A DNA stretch of 26,943 bases, taken from positions 538 through 27,480 of the forward strand of contig PLCF01000034.1 in NCBI GenBank assembly GCA_003135555.1, read 5' to 3'. Each line of letters starts with the position of its first letter. Position 1 is the stretch's first letter. The notes beneath the pieces are model-generated. The model saw only the letters and a program-made list of their open reading frames with translations. It made no database searches and was not told the origin of the DNA. Of the stretch, positions 18,276-26,943 are shown in pieces. The position numbers and the translations under genes were made by a program. Source of the stretch: Vulcanimicrobiota bacterium (lineage in GTDB: Bacteria > Vulcanimicrobiota > Vulcanimicrobiia > Vulcanimicrobiales > Vulcanimicrobiaceae).

Positions 18276-19508
18276 CTAGGGGTTCTGCTGCTGGTTTTGC
18301 AGGTAGGTTTGCACCGGCTGCTCGCCGAGCGTCGCCTGGACGTTCTTCTTGATCCCTTGGGACCAGACGCGCAGGGTGACTTGGGCGCCGGGCTTCATGC
18401 CGCTGACGGTCGACACCAGCTCGCTGGCCGAGTTCACCGGCTTGCCGTTGATCGTCTGGATCACGTCGCCCGGTTCGAGGCCGGCCTGCGCCGCCGGGGT
18501 GCCGTCGTTGACCTGTTGCACGGCGACGCCGCCTTGGTCGTGATAACCGCCGAGCTGCGTGCGCACGTTGTTGGTGATGTCGACGGGGATGACGCCGAGG
18601 AAGCCTTTGCCCGTCCCGGTGCCGTTCGCGTTGACGGTCTGACCGGGGGTTTTTACGAGCTGCGCGGCCGTCTGCGTAACGGTGCCCGACGGAATCGCGA
18701 AGCCGATCCCTTGGGCCGCCGCCGGATTCGCGGTCAGCTGGTTCACGCCGATGACGCGCCCGTCGTAGTCGACCAGCGGTCCGCCCGAGTTGCCGGGGTT
18801 GATCGGCGCCGACGTCTGCAGCAAACCCCGGAAGAGGTGCAGCTGCTGGTCGTCACCGGGGACCGGCTCGTCGCGATTGAAGCCCGACACGACACCGACG
18901 GTAACCGAGCGCTGCAACCCTTGCGGTTCGCCGATCGCGATGGCCCACTGCCCGGCCTGGACCTTGGAGCTGTCGGCGAACTCGACCGGCGGCGGCAGCT
19001 TGGCGTAATTGTCGACTTTGACCAGCGCCAAGTCGATCGCCGGGTTGGCCGAGAACACATGGCCCTTGACGCGGTCGCCGTTCGAAAAGACGACCATGAT
19101 CTGGCTCGTCCCGCGCGGAACCACGTGCGCGTTGGTGATGATCAGGCCGTCACGCGAGTAGACGAAGCCCGAGCCGGAGGCCCGCTCGATCACGCGCTGG
19201 CGCTGCATGGGGCTGTTGCCGCCGAAGAACTGCGACAGCGGGTCGGCCGGCACGTACTGCACGCCGTTGACGGTGACTTGCAGCGCGACGACCGACGGCT
19301 CGACGCGCTTGACGGCGTTGATGATGCGGTCCTGGTCGGTGGTGCCGCCGGCGACGATCGGGGCGGCCTGGACGGCGGGCGGCGTGTTGCCGGGGCCGGC
19401 GATCCCTGCGAAATGCGTGCTCGCGTAGAGCATCATCGAGAAGCTCCCGATGATCGCGCCGATCAGACCGACGACCGCCATTCCGAAGATGCTGGTACGA
19501 GACTTCAC
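18276..19508 (-). CDS. htrA: HtrA/DegP-family serine protease with N-terminal TM and one PDZ
   Basis: TNAHV, DLAL and INPGNSGGPL catalytic triad motifs; PAAQAGLEPGDVI PDZ. Confidence 0.95.
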   Translation of the reverse strand: MKSRTSIFGMAVVGLIGAIIGSFSMMLYASTHFAGIAGPGNTPPAVQAAPIVAGGTTDQDRIINAVKRVEPSVVALQVTVNGVQYVPADPLSQFFGGNSPMQRQRVIERASGSGFVYSRDGLIITNAHVVPRGTSQIMVVFSNGDRVKGHVFSANPAIDLALVKVDNYAKLPPPVEFADSSKVQAGQWAIAIGEPQGLQRSVTVGVVSGFNRDEPVPGDDQQLHLFRGLLQTSAPINPGNSGGPLVDYDGRVIGVNQLTANPAAAQGIGFAIPSGTVTQTAAQLVKTPGQTVNANGTGTGKGFLGVIPVDITNNVRTQLGGYHDQGGVAVQQVNDGTPAAQAGLEPGDVIQTINGKPVNSASELVSTVSGMKPGAQVTLRVWSQGIKKNVQATLGEQPVQTYLQNQQQNP

Positions 19509-19600
19509 GGTGACTCCATACTCCTGACAGTGGTGAACGGACAGACCTACCCCGGTGGGCGTGCCGGTGGTAGCATTCCGGACGTCATTTTCCCGGAAAT

Positions 19601-20302
19601 CTAACCTCCCCCGGTCACCTGGTCGTCCACGATCCGGCCGTCGCGCAGCCTGATGATCCGCCGTGCGTGGCTGGCGACGTCCTCGTCGTGGGTCACCATG
19701 ATGATCGTTCGGCCGCCCTCGTTCAAGTGCCCGAAGAGTGCCATGATCTCTTCGCTGGTCTGCGAGTCCAGGTTCCCCGTCGGCTCGTCGGCGAGCACCA
19801 CCGCTGGGTCGTTCACCAGCGCCCGGGCGATTGCGACGCGCTGTTGCTGTCCCCCGGAGAGCTCGCTCGGCTTGTGGTCCATCCGGTCGCCCAGCCCGAC
19901 CTCACGCAACTGGTCGGCGGCGGTGGCGTTGCGCGTCTTGGCCCTGATCCCGGCGTAGAAGAGCGGCAGCGCGACGTTCTTGAGCGCGCTGGTCCGCGGC
20001 AGCAGGTTGAAGCCCTGGAATACGAAGCCGAGCTTCTTGAGCCGAATCGCGGCGAGTTGATCGTCGCCGAGCGTCGAGACGTCGCTGCCGTCGAGAAAGT
20101 ACTGGCCGGTTGTCGGACGGTCGAGGCAGCCCAACAGATTCATCAGCGTCGACTTGCCGGAGCCCGAGGGGCCCATGATCGCGACGTACTCGCCGCGCGC
20201 GATCGTGAAGGTCACGCCTTGCAGCGCCTCGACCTTCACGTCGCCCAGCGAGTAGGTTTTGGTCACGTCGCGCACGTCGATGGCGCGGTTGGAGTCATTC
20301 AT
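19601..20302 (-). CDS. ABC ATP-binding protein, MacB/LolD/YknY type
   Basis: [43 protein letters not shown] and VTHD. Confidence 0.95.
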   Translation of the reverse strand: MNDSNRAIDVRDVTKTYSLGDVKVEALQGVTFTIARGEYVAIMGPSGSGKSTLMNLLGCLDRPTTGQYFLDGSDVSTLGDDQLAAIRLKKLGFVFQGFNLLPRTSALKNVALPLFYAGIRAKTRNATAADQLREVGLGDRMDHKPSELSGGQQQRVAIARALVNDPAVVLADEPTGNLDSQTSEEIMALFGHLNEGGRTIIMVTHDEDVASHARRIIRLRDGRIVDDQVTGGG

Positions 20303-21497
20303 AGCGGAGAGCCTCGATGGGATCGAGCGTCGCGGCTCGCCATGCTGGATAGGTGCCGAACGCGAGCGTGACGACGGTGGCGAACCCGGTCGCGATCGCG
20401 ATGCTGCGGACCCACGGGATCGGCGCGGTGATCCCGGAGAGCTTGACGATGAATTGGCCGTTGACGAAGGCGCCGATTGCGATCCCGAACACCATCCCCA
20501 CGAGGCACCCGAACGCCGACAGCGCGAGCGCCTCGATGAAGAACTGGAGCAGCACCTGAAAGCGCGTCGCGCCGATCGCCTTACGCAGGCCGATCTCGCG
20601 CGTTCGTTCCGCGACGCTGACCAGCATGATGTTCAGGATCCCGATCCCGGCGACCAGCAGCGAGACCGCGCCGATCAGCGCGACGACGAAGGTGACCGCG
20701 CCGAAGATGCCGTCGATCGCCTTTGAGAACGACTTGCGGTCGAAAGTCTGGTATTCGACCCGCCCGCCCTTGATTCTCTTGAGCCAGTTCTGCATGGCGA
20801 TCTCGGTGTCGGCGACCTTGGACGGGTCGTCCATCAGCACGCGCACGAAGACGATCGCCCGAGAGCGCGCGTATTCGCGCTCGTACGTGGTGTACGGAAT
20901 CGCGACGTCCGCAGCGACGGGCCCGGGCAGGATTCCCTCGTTCGATTTTCCGAGCACGCCGATGATGCGATAGCGGTGCTCGCCGACGCGCAACGAGTTG
21001 CCTGTGGGGTCGCCGGTGATGCCGAGCTTCACGGCTGCCTTCTCGGTGATGACGCAGACGTGCCGCGCCAACGCGATGTCGTCCGGGTCGAGCTTGCGAC
21101 CGTAGTGGATCGGTGTCGTGGCCGCGAACCGCTCGTCGGTTCCGGCGCCCAGCGTGATGCGCCGGCTCGTGTGACGGTAGCTCGCGCGCCGGCTTTGCGG
21201 CGCGGCGGGGATCGCGTCGACGACGTTGGGGACCTCGTTCTTCGCGCGCTGCAGGTCGGAGAGCCGAATCGCGGCGCGGGTGAAATCGGCCTGCTGCTGG
21301 TTGGGCAGCACGATGAAGGTTCGATCGCTGAGCGCACCGAGGATGCCCTGGATCGCGCCGGACATCCCCGCGCCGAGCACCTGGATCGCGATCACGGCCA
21401 TCACGCCGATGATGAGCCCAAGCGCGGTGAGCAGCGTGCGGATCTGGTTTCCCGCCAGCACCGCGAACGCTTCCGCGAAGTATTGCGTCAGCCTCAT
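20295..21497 (-). CDS. MacB/FtsX-family ABC permease
   Basis: [39 protein letters not shown] and [10 protein letters not shown]. Confidence 0.95.
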   Translation of the reverse strand: MRLTQYFAEAFAVLAGNQIRTLLTALGLIIGVMAVIAIQVLGAGMSGAIQGILGALSDRTFIVLPNQQQADFTRAAIRLSDLQRAKNEVPNVVDAIPAAPQSRRASYRHTSRRITLGAGTDERFAATTPIHYGRKLDPDDIALARHVCVITEKAAVKLGITGDPTGNSLRVGEHRYRIIGVLGKSNEGILPGPVAADVAIPYTTYEREYARSRAIVFVRVLMDDPSKVADTEIAMQNWLKRIKGGRVEYQTFDRKSFSKAIDGIFGAVTFVVALIGAVSLLVAGIGILNIMLVSVAERTREIGLRKAIGATRFQVLLQFFIEALALSAFGCLVGMVFGIAIGAFVNGQFIVKLSGITAPIPWVRSIAIATGFATVVTLAFGTYPAWRAATLDPIEALRYE

Positions 21498-21520
21498 AGT
21501 CGGCTAACCATCGTGTGCAG

Positions 21521-22717
<1,197 letters not shown>

Positions 22718-22721
22718 CGGC

Positions 22722-24269
22722 TCACTGTGCCGCGGGTGACGGGCTCGTCGTCGGTGCGGTCGTCGGCGTTACCCGGATCCCTTCGACGATGCCGATGTTG
22801 CGCTCGCCGATGACCACGTCGCCGGGCTTGACGCCGCGCGCCACGATCGCCTGCGCGTCGTTGCTCGGTCCCAGCGTGACGCTGCGCTTGACGGTCTTGC
22901 CGGCGACGACAGCAAGCACGTAGGGCTTGTTCTTGTCGTCGCGCCGGATCGCGTCCGACGGCAGCGCCAAGACGTGGCTGCGGTCGATGGTCACGATGTC
23001 GACGTCGACCGTCATGCCGTCGCGCAAGAAGGGGACCGTCTTGTCGAGCACGACCGTGGTGATGATTTGCCGCGCGGTGTTCGACGGATCGTCGCTCTTT
23101 TGGGCGACGGCGCCGATCGTAGCCACGTGGGCCGCCAGCTTGATCGCGCCGAGATCTTCGCCCGAAACGATCGCGGGTTGACCGGTGCGCACGCTGGCCA
23201 CGTCCTGCTCGTCGACACGCGTCCGCACCACAAAGCTGCCTTCGGCGGCCAGGGTGATGACGGCTTGTCCGACGATCACCGGATCGCCCGGCTGGAGGGT
23301 GCGCAGCGTGTCGGCGGTCTCGCTCGCCACGGTCTGCACGACGCCGCTGTACGGGGCGGCGATGCGCAGCCGCGCGACCTGATCGGCGGCGTAGCGCCAA
23401 TCGTCGTAGCGCTGCGCGGCGTCGGCGCCGGCAGCCTGCACGTCACCGGACTTGTCCTGACCCGCGCTGGCGCGCGCGGCGGCTAGTGCCGCCTCGGCCT
23501 GCGTCACGGCGTCGCGGAAGGCCTGGACGCGTGCCGACAGCACCGGGGTCTGGCGCGCGATCTGCGCGTAGGTTTCGTCGCGGTCGCGCTTGGCTTGATC
23601 GTAGGCAACTTGGGCCTGCGCGAGCCGCGCTAGCTGTTGATCGAGCGCGTCTTTGGCGATCGCCTTTTGCGCGTAGAGGTCGCTGTCGGCCGTGGCGAGG
23701 CGTTGCGCTTCACGCAGATCGGTTTGCCGCTGCGCGACGACGGCATCGGCGGCGGCACGTTGCTGCGATGCGGAGGTCCCGCCGTAGCCGAGCCCCGACT
23801 GCGAGCCGGAACGCTGGTCGGTGATCGCCTGGTTGAGGTTGAACCGGGCCTGCTGCAGCGTCGCCTCGGCTTGCACGATGCTGGAACGATTCTGGGTCGG
23901 GAGCGTGGAGTTCGTAGCGTTGGCGGTTCGGGCGTGCCCTTGCGCGGCCAGGTACGCATCGTGCGCCGTCGCCTCGGCGTTGGCGAGCTGCGGATTGGAG
24001 ATGGTCGCGAGCAGCTGTCCTGCCGACACGTGCTGCCCCGGGCGCACGTAGATCTGCTGGATGTTCCCGGTAACGAGCGCAGCCAGCACCTGCGTCTGGG
24101 GCCGTTGGACGACCCCGGTCTCCGGAAGCTTCGTCTGATAGCGCGTGTATGCGACCGTGACGACGCGTGCCGTCACGCCCGCACCTTTGGGACGCGCGGC
24201 GATCGCGCCGATGACGATGATCGCTACGAGCGCGATTCCGAGGATGATCAGGTTGCGACGACGGTTCAC
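22722..24269 (-). CDS. Efflux periplasmic adaptor (MacA/HlyD family) with long alpha-helical hairpin
   Basis: N-terminal anchor, IYVRPGQHVSAGQLLA and IAAPYSGVV lipoyl halves, VDEQDV, LRDGMTVDV and GVKPGDVVI. Confidence 0.9.
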   Translation of the reverse strand: MNRRRNLIILGIALVAIIVIGAIAARPKGAGVTARVVTVAYTRYQTKLPETGVVQRPQTQVLAALVTGNIQQIYVRPGQHVSAGQLLATISNPQLANAEATAHDAYLAAQGHARTANATNSTLPTQNRSSIVQAEATLQQARFNLNQAITDQRSGSQSGLGYGGTSASQQRAAADAVVAQRQTDLREAQRLATADSDLYAQKAIAKDALDQQLARLAQAQVAYDQAKRDRDETYAQIARQTPVLSARVQAFRDAVTQAEAALAAARASAGQDKSGDVQAAGADAAQRYDDWRYAADQVARLRIAAPYSGVVQTVASETADTLRTLQPGDPVIVGQAVITLAAEGSFVVRTRVDEQDVASVRTGQPAIVSGEDLGAIKLAAHVATIGAVAQKSDDPSNTARQIITTVVLDKTVPFLRDGMTVDVDIVTIDRSHVLALPSDAIRRDDKNKPYVLAVVAGKTVKRSVTLGPSNDAQAIVARGVKPGDVVIGERNIGIVEGIRVTPTTAPTTSPSPAAQ

Positions 24270-25669
24270 GGTGCCCCCAAGTCGACGACGGAGATCGGAT
24301 CAGCGACGCCGACCGACGCGCGCAAACGGACGAGCGCGTTGAGATAGTTGACGCGCGCGACGACGAGGTCGTTCGCAGCCGAGAGCGCGCTCTGCTCCGC
24401 GGCGGTGGCGTCGGTCAATGAGATCAAGCCGTTCCGGTATTGGAGTTGTGCGATGCGCGCGGACTCCGCGCCCAGGCGGTTGGCTTCTTTTTGCGTCCCC
24501 AGGTTCGCGCCGGCGGTTTGGACGGCGCGCAGCGCCTGTCGGACGTCCACCGCGACCCCGAATTCGGTCGACGCGAGCGTCCCCTCCGCAGCGTCGAGCT
24601 GGGCGCGCGCGGCGCGGTGTGCCGCGCGCCGCGCTCCGTACTCGACCAAGGGGAAATTGAACGTTTCGGTCGCGCCGATCTGCCAGAAGCCCGGACGGCG
24701 GACCGTCGTTCCCGGAATCACGCCGAAGCCGGGGATGACCTGGCTGGCGGTGGTGGCCGTCGTCGGCGTCTCGGTGTTGCCGAACGATCCGGAGAGCTGG
24801 ATCTGCGGGCGGCGATCGGACTCGATGGCGGCGTCGGTGAGCCGCGCCACTGCGACCTGCGCCCGCGCGCTGGCGACATCCGACCGTGCGGCGAGCGCGG
24901 CGGCGACCAGTGCGTCGAGCGGCGTCTGCGGCAGGGGCGGCTCGGGCAGGGCGACGGGAATGGCGAACGCGGTGTCCGGCGGCGCGCCGATGCGTTGCGC
25001 CAGCGCTTCGCGCGCGTTGGCCTCGCCGGCGCGCGCCGTGGTGAGCGTCGCTTCGCTGCGCAGCTCGTTGACTTGCGCGCGCAGCACGTCCACGCCGGCG
25101 ACCCGGCCGACGCGCTCCTGCACCCGCGCCGCGTCGAGGAGTTGCTGTTGGTAGCTGCGGTCGCCTTCGGAGAGTTGGACCGACTCACGCTGTTGTACAA
25201 CGTTGTACCAGGCGGCCGCGACGTCGCTTGCCAGCTGTTGCTGAGCCCGCCGCAGGTCGTAGCGCGAGCCCTCGACCTGGCGCTTCGCTTCCTGAGCCTG
25301 AATTTGCGCCAGCGAGCCGTTGAAGAGGTTCCACGTCGACCCGATCTGGGCGACGTTCTGCGAGAACACCTGCGCTTGCGAGAGGCCGAACTGCGAGAAC
25401 GATCCGCCGTTGTTGCCGTTGGTCTTCGCGACCTGGTTCTGCAAGGTCCCGGCCAGCGTCGGAAAGAGCGCCGCGTGATCGCGCGCGTAGGTCGACTCGT
25501 TTTGGGCCAGGGTGGCGCGGCGCTGCAAGACCGCCGGGTCGTGCTCGAGCGCGTAACTGACGGCAGCGTGCAGATCGAGCGGCACCGGCTGAGCGTCGCC
25601 GCGCACGGGCGCGACGAAGAGGGCGACCGCGGCTAGAGCGGCGCCGGCGGCGATGAGGCGCACCATCAT
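24266..25669 (-). CDS. TolC-family outer membrane efflux protein
   Basis: Signal peptide from ATG 25669 (ATGA overlap with the yip1 stop); two OEP-like repeats (FPTLAG / RPQIQL; RVGRVAGVDV / YRNGLISLTD). Confidence 0.88.
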   Translation of the reverse strand: MMVRLIAAGAALAAVALFVAPVRGDAQPVPLDLHAAVSYALEHDPAVLQRRATLAQNESTYARDHAALFPTLAGTLQNQVAKTNGNNGGSFSQFGLSQAQVFSQNVAQIGSTWNLFNGSLAQIQAQEAKRQVEGSRYDLRRAQQQLASDVAAAWYNVVQQRESVQLSEGDRSYQQQLLDAARVQERVGRVAGVDVLRAQVNELRSEATLTTARAGEANAREALAQRIGAPPDTAFAIPVALPEPPLPQTPLDALVAAALAARSDVASARAQVAVARLTDAAIESDRRPQIQLSGSFGNTETPTTATTASQVIPGFGVIPGTTVRRPGFWQIGATETFNFPLVEYGARRAAHRAARAQLDAAEGTLASTEFGVAVDVRQALRAVQTAGANLGTQKEANRLGAESARIAQLQYRNGLISLTDATAAEQSALSAANDLVVARVNYLNALVRLRASVGVADPISVVDLGAP

Positions 25670-26415
25670 CCGTTGCGGGCTGCGCCGAAGGCCGCGAACG
25701 ACGCGGCGACCAGGAGCATCACGATCGCCGTACCCCACGCGGCGCCGCCGGGGATCCGAGCCACGCGAGCCATTCCCAACGCCAGCAGCCCGGTCGCCCA
25801 GAGGTTGAAGACGTTCATCGCCCCCAGGAAGCCGGCCAGCGCACCGTGAGCACCCGGCGCGAGCAGCGCCAAGCTAGGCAGCGAGGACGTAATAGCCGTC
25901 GTCGTTTCGAACGAGTTCGCCCCGCGCACCATGACGATGACGGCCAGGACGATCGAGTTCAACCCGATGCCGACCACCGAAATCGTAACGCTGAGCGCGA
26001 ACAGCTTCTTGAAGCTTCCGTCGCCACGCGCCGCCGCGTTGGCGATCAGCATGATCAGGCCTTGAACGAGCCCGACGACCAAGATGCCGATCGGTACGAA
26101 GATGAAATAGACCTGGCCGATGATCTTGGCGAACTTCAGCTGCATCGCGATCATGCTCGCCTGCTGGTCCGGCGGGAGCTTCGCGATCTGAGCGTTGGCC
26201 GCGAGCTGTGCGGGCAGCGACGTTTCCATCGCGTGCCCGATCGCCGGCGCCACGATGAGGGAACCTATGACGCCCAGGAGCGTGGCGATCAGGAACGCCC
26301 AGCCCCAGGTCGGGACGACTCTGAGGCGGTCGAACGCCGTGGGCGGGGAAACGACGATGTCGACGACGTTGCTGAGGCCCGGGCGGGCGCCGAGGGTATC
26401 TGGGGACGTGCTCAA
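25666..26415 (-). CDS. Yip1-family membrane protein (YknW-like)
   Basis: IVVSPPTAFDRL, GSFKKLFAL and NVFNLWATGLLALGM; about 5 TM segments; GGGAGAG SD before the TTG. Confidence 0.8.
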   Translation of the reverse strand: MSTSPDTLGARPGLSNVVDIVVSPPTAFDRLRVVPTWGWAFLIATLLGVIGSLIVAPAIGHAMETSLPAQLAANAQIAKLPPDQQASMIAMQLKFAKIIGQVYFIFVPIGILVVGLVQGLIMLIANAAARGDGSFKKLFALSVTISVVGIGLNSIVLAVIVMVRGANSFETTTAITSSLPSLALLAPGAHGALAGFLGAMNVFNLWATGLLALGMARVARIPGGAAWGTAIVMLLVAASFAAFGAARNG

Positions 26416-26453
26416 AGGTCTCTCCCGTTTAAGCGAGCGACGGACACCGGATA

Positions 26454-26759
26454 CTACCGGTTGCGCGGTGCGGGTGTTTCGCCGAGCAGCGCTCCGATCC
26501 TCAGTTTTCGCTCGATCACCTTGCGCGCACGCTCGAGGTCGGCTTCGCGCATCTCCAGCAGCTTGAGCCGGAGGTAGGATTGGACCAGGCGGCGCGAGCG
26601 CCGCGAGTAGAGAGCGCTCGCAGCCGGCGGGGGCAACGCCGGCCGCTGGCTAGGGCTCGCTCGAGGGCGCGGAAGTGGAACCGTCGCCGCCTGGGCCGGG
26701 GTCGCGAGCGTCGAACAGAAGAGCACCAGCCAGGCGCCGCACAGGATCGGGCATCTCAT
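26454..26759 (-). CDS. Small hypothetical protein, possibly exported
   Basis: Fills the gap between genes; signal-like N-terminus ending AQA, Pro-rich linker, charged C-terminal helix. Confidence 0.5.
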   Translation of the reverse strand: MRCPILCGAWLVLFCSTLATPAQAATVPLPRPRASPSQRPALPPPAASALYSRRSRRLVQSYLRLKLLEMREADLERARKVIERKLRIGALLGETPAPRNR

Positions 26760-26802
26760 GCCCGTCCTTCCCTCCGGCGCCGCCGCCCGTCAAGGACCAG
26801 AC

Positions 26803-26943
26803 TTGTCTTCCGACACCTTCGTCATCCCCGCACCCCCGAGCGAGCCCTACCTTCGGATCGTCCCGCTGGGCGGCTGCGGCGAGATCGGCCGCAACATGAC
26901 GGTCATCGAGACCAACGACGACCTCGTCGTCGTCGACTGCGGC
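26803..26943 (+). CDS. rnj: Ribonuclease J, N-terminus (3' truncated)
   Basis: LRIVPLGGCGEIGRNMTVIE..DLVVVDCG; TTG 26803 with AAGGA SD (an in-frame ATG at 26758 is an alternative start). Confidence 0.9.
   Translation, partial: MSSDTFVIPAPPSEPYLRIVPLGGCGEIGRNMTVIETNDDLVVVDCG

Noticed and set aside
19505..19519. Four-codon uORF (ATG GAG TCA CCG TGA) overlapping the htrA start
   Set aside because: AGGAG is only 1 nt from this ATG; the GGAG within it serves as the htrA SD.
22738..22746. GACGGGCTC as a third REP-like copy
   Set aside because: Only 9 bp, lacks the flanking TC and A, and is explained by Ser/Pro codons.

Overview
High-GC (about 70% by spot count) bacterial chromosomal window of mostly housekeeping and stress genes. 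I saw no rRNA, tRNA, CRISPR array, integrase or transposase. Left to right: a truncated hypothetical gene; scoB/scoA CoA-transferase; a signalling cluster (degenerate GGDEF-EAL paralog, GGDEF-EAL protein, LuxR-type regulator); a three-gene ABC exporter cluster; an NADP-dependent oxidoreductase; a lower-GC PDZ/multi-TM/GAF membrane protein; dnaK-grpE-dnaJ; a frameshifted exported protein; a Yip1-TolC-adaptor-2x permease-ATPase-HtrA envelope cluster; a small ORF; and the start of RNase J. A DnaK lacking the diderm insert next to a TolC suggests a Terrabacteria diderm such as Ca. Eremiobacterota (inference). Best leads: (1) REP-like palindromes in frame inside grpE and an ABC transporter; (2) a tandem pseudoenzyme/enzyme c-di-GMP pair with a switch-like intergenic region; (3) a YknW-like Yip1 protein combined with TolC; (4) a receptor with no output domain; (5) two GGAAC-N17-GT ECF-type promoters and a structured dnaK leader; (6) a likely CTG start; (7) a DnaJ with one zinc centre. 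None is proven novel without database searches.
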